From the NCBI GenBank assembly GCA_934097105.1, contig CAKONI010000001.1, positions 74,144-138,143 of the forward strand: a stretch of DNA of 64,000 bases, in the 5' to 3' direction. This stretch comes from an uncultured Bacilli bacterium. GTDB lineage: Bacteria; Bacillota_I; Bacilli_A; RF39; UBA660. The number at the start of each line of letters is the position of its first letter. Position 1 is the stretch's first letter. This document shows positions 61,210-64,000 of this stretch, piece after piece. The notes below the pieces were generated by a model. That model was not told the origin of the DNA. It saw nothing but the letters and a program-made list of their open reading frames with translations, and ran no database searches. The position numbers were made by a program, and so were the translations under genes.

Positions 61210-61492
61210 TTGCAAAATCATAAAAAAAGTGTTATAATTTAGACATATTTTAAATCAGTGATTTGGAGAAGTAAATATTTATGAAATTTATAGAAAGCAG
61301 CTGGTTGATGGAAAGTTGTAATGGATGAATATTGAATGGACCAAAGAGAGTTTTTCAGAAATTAATTAAAGTATGAAAAATCGGGAGATTCTACCCGTTA
61401 TCAAGTGAACATATATGATGGTATATGAAATGAAACTATTATTGGGTGGCACAAGATTCTTGTCTTAATTTTTAGGACTGGAATCTTTTTTA
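61210..61492 (+). promoter_or_regulatory. Promoter plus T-box leader (Trp specifier) controlling trpS
   Basis: TTGCAA, 17-nt spacer, TATAAT (61210-61238). Candidate specifier GAA-UGG-A with UGG at 61337-61339, AGAGAG at about 61345, T-box TTGGGTGGCACAAG at 61442-61455, and terminator AGATTC...GAATC with T6 (61454-61491). Confidence 0.75.
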
Positions 61493-61593
61493 TTTATAAG
61501 GAGATGGTAGTATGAAAAAGAATGTGAAACGATGGTGCAAGTTATATTAATCATTGATTTAAAATATAAAATTATAAGAAAGAGGGAAAAAAT

Positions 61594-62586
61594 ATGAAAA
61601 TAATGATTACAGGTGTAAGACCTACAGGTAGTATAACTTTAGCAAATTATATTGGAGGTATAAGGGGATTTATAGAGCAACAACATAAATATAACTCTTT
61701 AATATTTATTGCTGATATTCATGGGTTAACAACTTATATTAATCCAAAGAAAATAAGAAACAATATTTTAGATATTACAGCAATGTATATGGCTTGTGGA
61801 ATAGATACTAATAATACAGCATTATTTATGCAAAGTGATGTATTGGAACATTGCAATTTAGGATTTTTAATGTCATTTCAATGTAGTGTTGGAGAATTAT
61901 CTAGAATGACACAATTTAAATCAAAAAGGCAACAACTAGGAAAAAGTGAAAAGGATATGGGATTATTTATATATCCAACTTTAATGGCAGCGGATATATT
62001 ATTATATGATGCTGAAATAGTACCTGTTGGTGCAGATCAAAGACAACACATTGAAAAAACTAGAGATTTTGGAGAAAGATTTAATAATATATATGGTAAT
62101 ATTTTTAAATTACCAGAATATCAGATACCAAAAATAGGTGCAAAAATAATGAATTTACAAGATCCAAGTATTAAAATGAGTAAGTCTGCTCCAAAGGATG
62201 ATAAAGGAACAATCTTTATGTTAGATGATATAGAAATAACAAGAAAGAAGATAATGTCTGCTTGTACAGATAGTGAAGGTAAAGTTTATTATGATGAAGA
62301 TAATAAACCAGGGATATCTAATCTAATATCTTTAGTTTGCGTAGTTAATAATATGACAATAGAAGAAGCAAATCAAAAATATAGAGATTATAATTACAAA
62401 GATTTCAAAATTGAAGTTGCTGATAGTGTTTGTAATTTTATTAAAAATATTCAAAACAAGTTTTATAAATATAGAAATGATGAACAATACTTAAAAGAAA
62501 TCTTAACTAATGGGGCTAACAAGGCTAGAATACTTGCTTCTAAAAAAATGGCTATTGTTAAAGAAAAAGTTGGCTTGAAAATATAA
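61594..62586 (+). CDS. trpS: Tryptophan--tRNA ligase
   Basis: 330 aa with GVRPTGSITLANYIGG (TIGN-type HIGH region), GADQRQHIE and KMSKS. Codon usage is A-ending, unlike its neighbours. Confidence 0.95.
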   Translation: MKIMITGVRPTGSITLANYIGGIRGFIEQQHKYNSLIFIADIHGLTTYINPKKIRNNILDITAMYMACGIDTNNTALFMQSDVLEHCNLGFLMSFQCSVGELSRMTQFKSKRQQLGKSEKDMGLFIYPTLMAADILLYDAEIVPVGADQRQHIEKTRDFGERFNNIYGNIFKLPEYQIPKIGAKIMNLQDPSIKMSKSAPKDDKGTIFMLDDIEITRKKIMSACTDSEGKVYYDEDNKPGISNLISLVCVVNNMTIEEANQKYRDYNYKDFKIEVADSVCNFIKNIQNKFYKYRNDEQYLKEILTNGANKARILASKKMAIVKEKVGLKI

Positions 62587-62733
62587 TTAAAGTGTAATTA
62601 ACTTGTAAAGTTGCCTGTTATAATAATTTTATAACTCATAAATTCTTACTTTTTTGTTATAAAGATGTTATAATTTGTATGAGAGATAATATGAAGAGAA
62701 GAGAACTAAAAAAGGAAAGAAAAAAATAGAATT

Positions 62734-62970
62734 TTGAGGTTGAAATTAACAGAGGGTAATATAGATGATGTTTATAAATCTTTACCTAAGATAGTAAAAG
62801 TGTGTAATAAGAAATATAAAATAGAACTTTTTTATAATAATGATTTTGTGCTTACTAAATGTTTTTTTACTAATAGGCAAAAAGATATATTGCAATTTAG
62901 TTATTGGATTCCGAAAGAACTTATTATTGAAAAATTAGTTAAATCTTCTAAAAGATTTTTAAAAGTATGA
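62734..62970 (+). CDS. Hypothetical protein (78 aa), possibly 5'-truncated by a frameshift
   Basis: ORF with a TTG start and no RBS. An ATG with a basic N-terminus (62691) lies in another frame, separated by an A7 run. Confidence 0.3.
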   Translation: MRLKLTEGNIDDVYKSLPKIVKVCNKKYKIELFYNNDFVLTKCFFTNRQKDILQFSYWIPKELIIEKLVKSSKRFLKV

Positions 62971-63096
62971 TAAGTATATGGCTTATTTGTAAAAATAATA
63001 TTTAAGTGTTTTGAAAATAGTAAACAATTAGATGATATTGAGATTAAAAATTGATATAATGTTTATGCTAAAAGTTAATAATTTAGTAAAATACTA

Positions 63097-63286
63097 TTGA
63101 CATATTAACGAACAAGTCATAAAATAATGTCTGTAAGCAATTTTATATTGTTTACAAGAGTTTGTGGTGTTATTATTTTGAATATCAATGTTTGAGTTTA
63201 TTTACTTTATTTTTGATATTCATCTATCTATGAATTTGTTCATAGGTGCAACTGAGCATGTATTTATTATGTGTTCAGTTTTTTTG
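63097..63286 (+). ncRNA. Orphan promoter-to-terminator unit (about 155 nt): candidate sRNA or 22-aa hydrophobic peptide
   Basis: TTGACA (63097-63102), 17-nt spacer, TAAAAT (63120-63125). A 9-bp terminator stem (63251-63259 / 63271-63279) is followed by T8. An internal ATG at 63127 encodes MSVSNFILFTRVCGVIILNINV with no RBS. Confidence 0.3.
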
Positions 63287-63339
63287 TTTGTATTTTTTAG
63301 AAAATAGTGTATAATATTTTTAGAATTGGAGGATTTTGT

Positions 63340-64000
63340 ATGGAAATTTGTGATGTTAAAAAAAGATATAATGAACTTTTAGAAAAAATTAATGTTTTAT
63401 GGAGGTCACTTTGAAGTTGATTCTAAATTGAAAGAAATAGAATCTTTGGAAGTTATTTCTAATGAACCATCTTTTTGGAATGATAGTGATAATGCTAAGG
63501 AAGTTATGCTTAAGATTAGTAATCTTAAGTCTATTACTGATAATATTGTTGCTTTAAAAAAGGATATTCTTGATAATTTGGATATTTTGTCTTTACTTAT
63601 GGATGAAATGGATGAGGATCTTTTTTCTTCTGTTTGTGATGATGTTTCTGTTTTTGAAGAGAGAGTTTCTAAACTTGAACTGGAACTTTTGTTTTCTGGA
63701 GAATATGATCATTCTAATTGTATACTTGAAATTCATTCTGGTGCTGGTGGTACTGAGGCTTGTGATTGGGCTTCTATGCTTTTTAGAATGTATACTAGAT
63801 GGTGTGAAAGTAAAAACTATAAGGTAGAGGTGCTTGATTATTTGGATGGCGATGAGGCTGGACTTAAGAGTGCTAGTATTCTGGTGAAGGGTTTTAATGC
63901 TTATGGTCATTTAAAGTGTGAAAAGGGTGTTCATAGATTGGTTCGTTTGTCTCCTTTTGATTCTAATAATAAGAGGCATACTTCTTTTGCTTCGGTTGAT
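63340..64000 (+). CDS. prfB: Peptide chain release factor 2, requires +1 programmed frameshift at 63409-63414; 3' end off window
   Basis: Frame 0 reads MEICDVKKRYNELLEKINVLWRSL then TGA. Frame +1 from 63413 reads EVDSKLKEIESLEVISNEPSFWND...EIHSGAGGTEACDWASMLFRMY...VHRLVRLSPFDSNNKRHTSFASVD. Confidence 0.93.
63401..63414 (+). promoter_or_regulatory. prfB +1 frameshift cassette
   Basis: Internal SD-like GGAGG (63401-63405), a 3-nt spacer TCA, and the slippery CTT followed by the in-frame TGA (63409-63414). The architecture is the same as E. coli AGGGGG-TAT-CTT-TGA. Confidence 0.9.

Noticed and set aside
63570-63827. 85-aa plus-strand ORF and the 63593-63910 minus-strand ORF inside prfB.
   Set aside because: These are alternative frames of the RF2 coding region. 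The RF2 frame carries the conserved motifs.

Overview
This is a low-GC (about 28-30% G+C, judged by eye and not computed) Bacillota-type chromosomal segment covering the dnaA/oriC neighbourhood.

Gene order follows the Bacillus subtilis origin region closely:
- Minus strand: rsmG, mnmG, [ABC exporter], mnmE, jag, yidC, rnpA, rpmH.
- Plus strand: dnaA, dnaN, [comK-like], recF, gyrB, gyrA.
- A 1.4 kb non-coding block follows gyrA.
- Then ffs, tadA, dnaX, ybaB, recR, bofA, holB, ricT, pth, mfd, spoVT, T-box-metG, tatD and a yabE-like gene.
- Then a [9-gene SipW/TasA-like locus].
- Then rsmA, yabG, veg, spoVG, yabP, yabQ, divIC, tilS, ftsH, dusB, T-box-lysS, a transporter, clpC, gltX, cysS, a Zn-peptidase, mrnC, rlmB, a sigH-like gene, 2 unknown genes and secA.
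- Then a [3.2 kb foreign island], followed by prfB.

UGA is a stop codon (code 11), shown by the classical prfB +1 frameshift site. I saw no rRNA, tRNA, CRISPR or intact transposase.

Main hunt results:
1. **SipW/TasA-like locus (31.4-37.8 kb).** A SipW-type (ER/archaeal-type) signal peptidase sits among six divergent proteins that carry TasA/camelysin-style SipW-cognate signal peptides. They fall into two families and include a tandemly duplicated two-gene module. Two membrane proteins complete the locus, which is inserted into otherwise conserved synteny. This is my best candidate for an undescribed extracellular fibre or matrix system.
2. **gyrA-tadA spacer.** It holds a dense array of six parS sites (TGTTTCACGTGAAACA), two Noc-binding sites (TATTTCCCGGGAAATA) and eight same-orientation copies of TGTTAATAAG. 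That 10-mer also flanks dnaA on both sides.
3. **Strand composition.** The plus strand is G+T-rich on both sides of dnaA, so the expected skew inversion at a canonical oriC is not visible.
4. **secA|prfB island.** An A-rich, compositionally foreign island splits secA from prfB. It carries a decayed rhuM gene, an integrase scrap and an intact T-box-regulated trpS.

All coordinates for RNA and regulatory elements were derived by hand and are approximate to a few nt.
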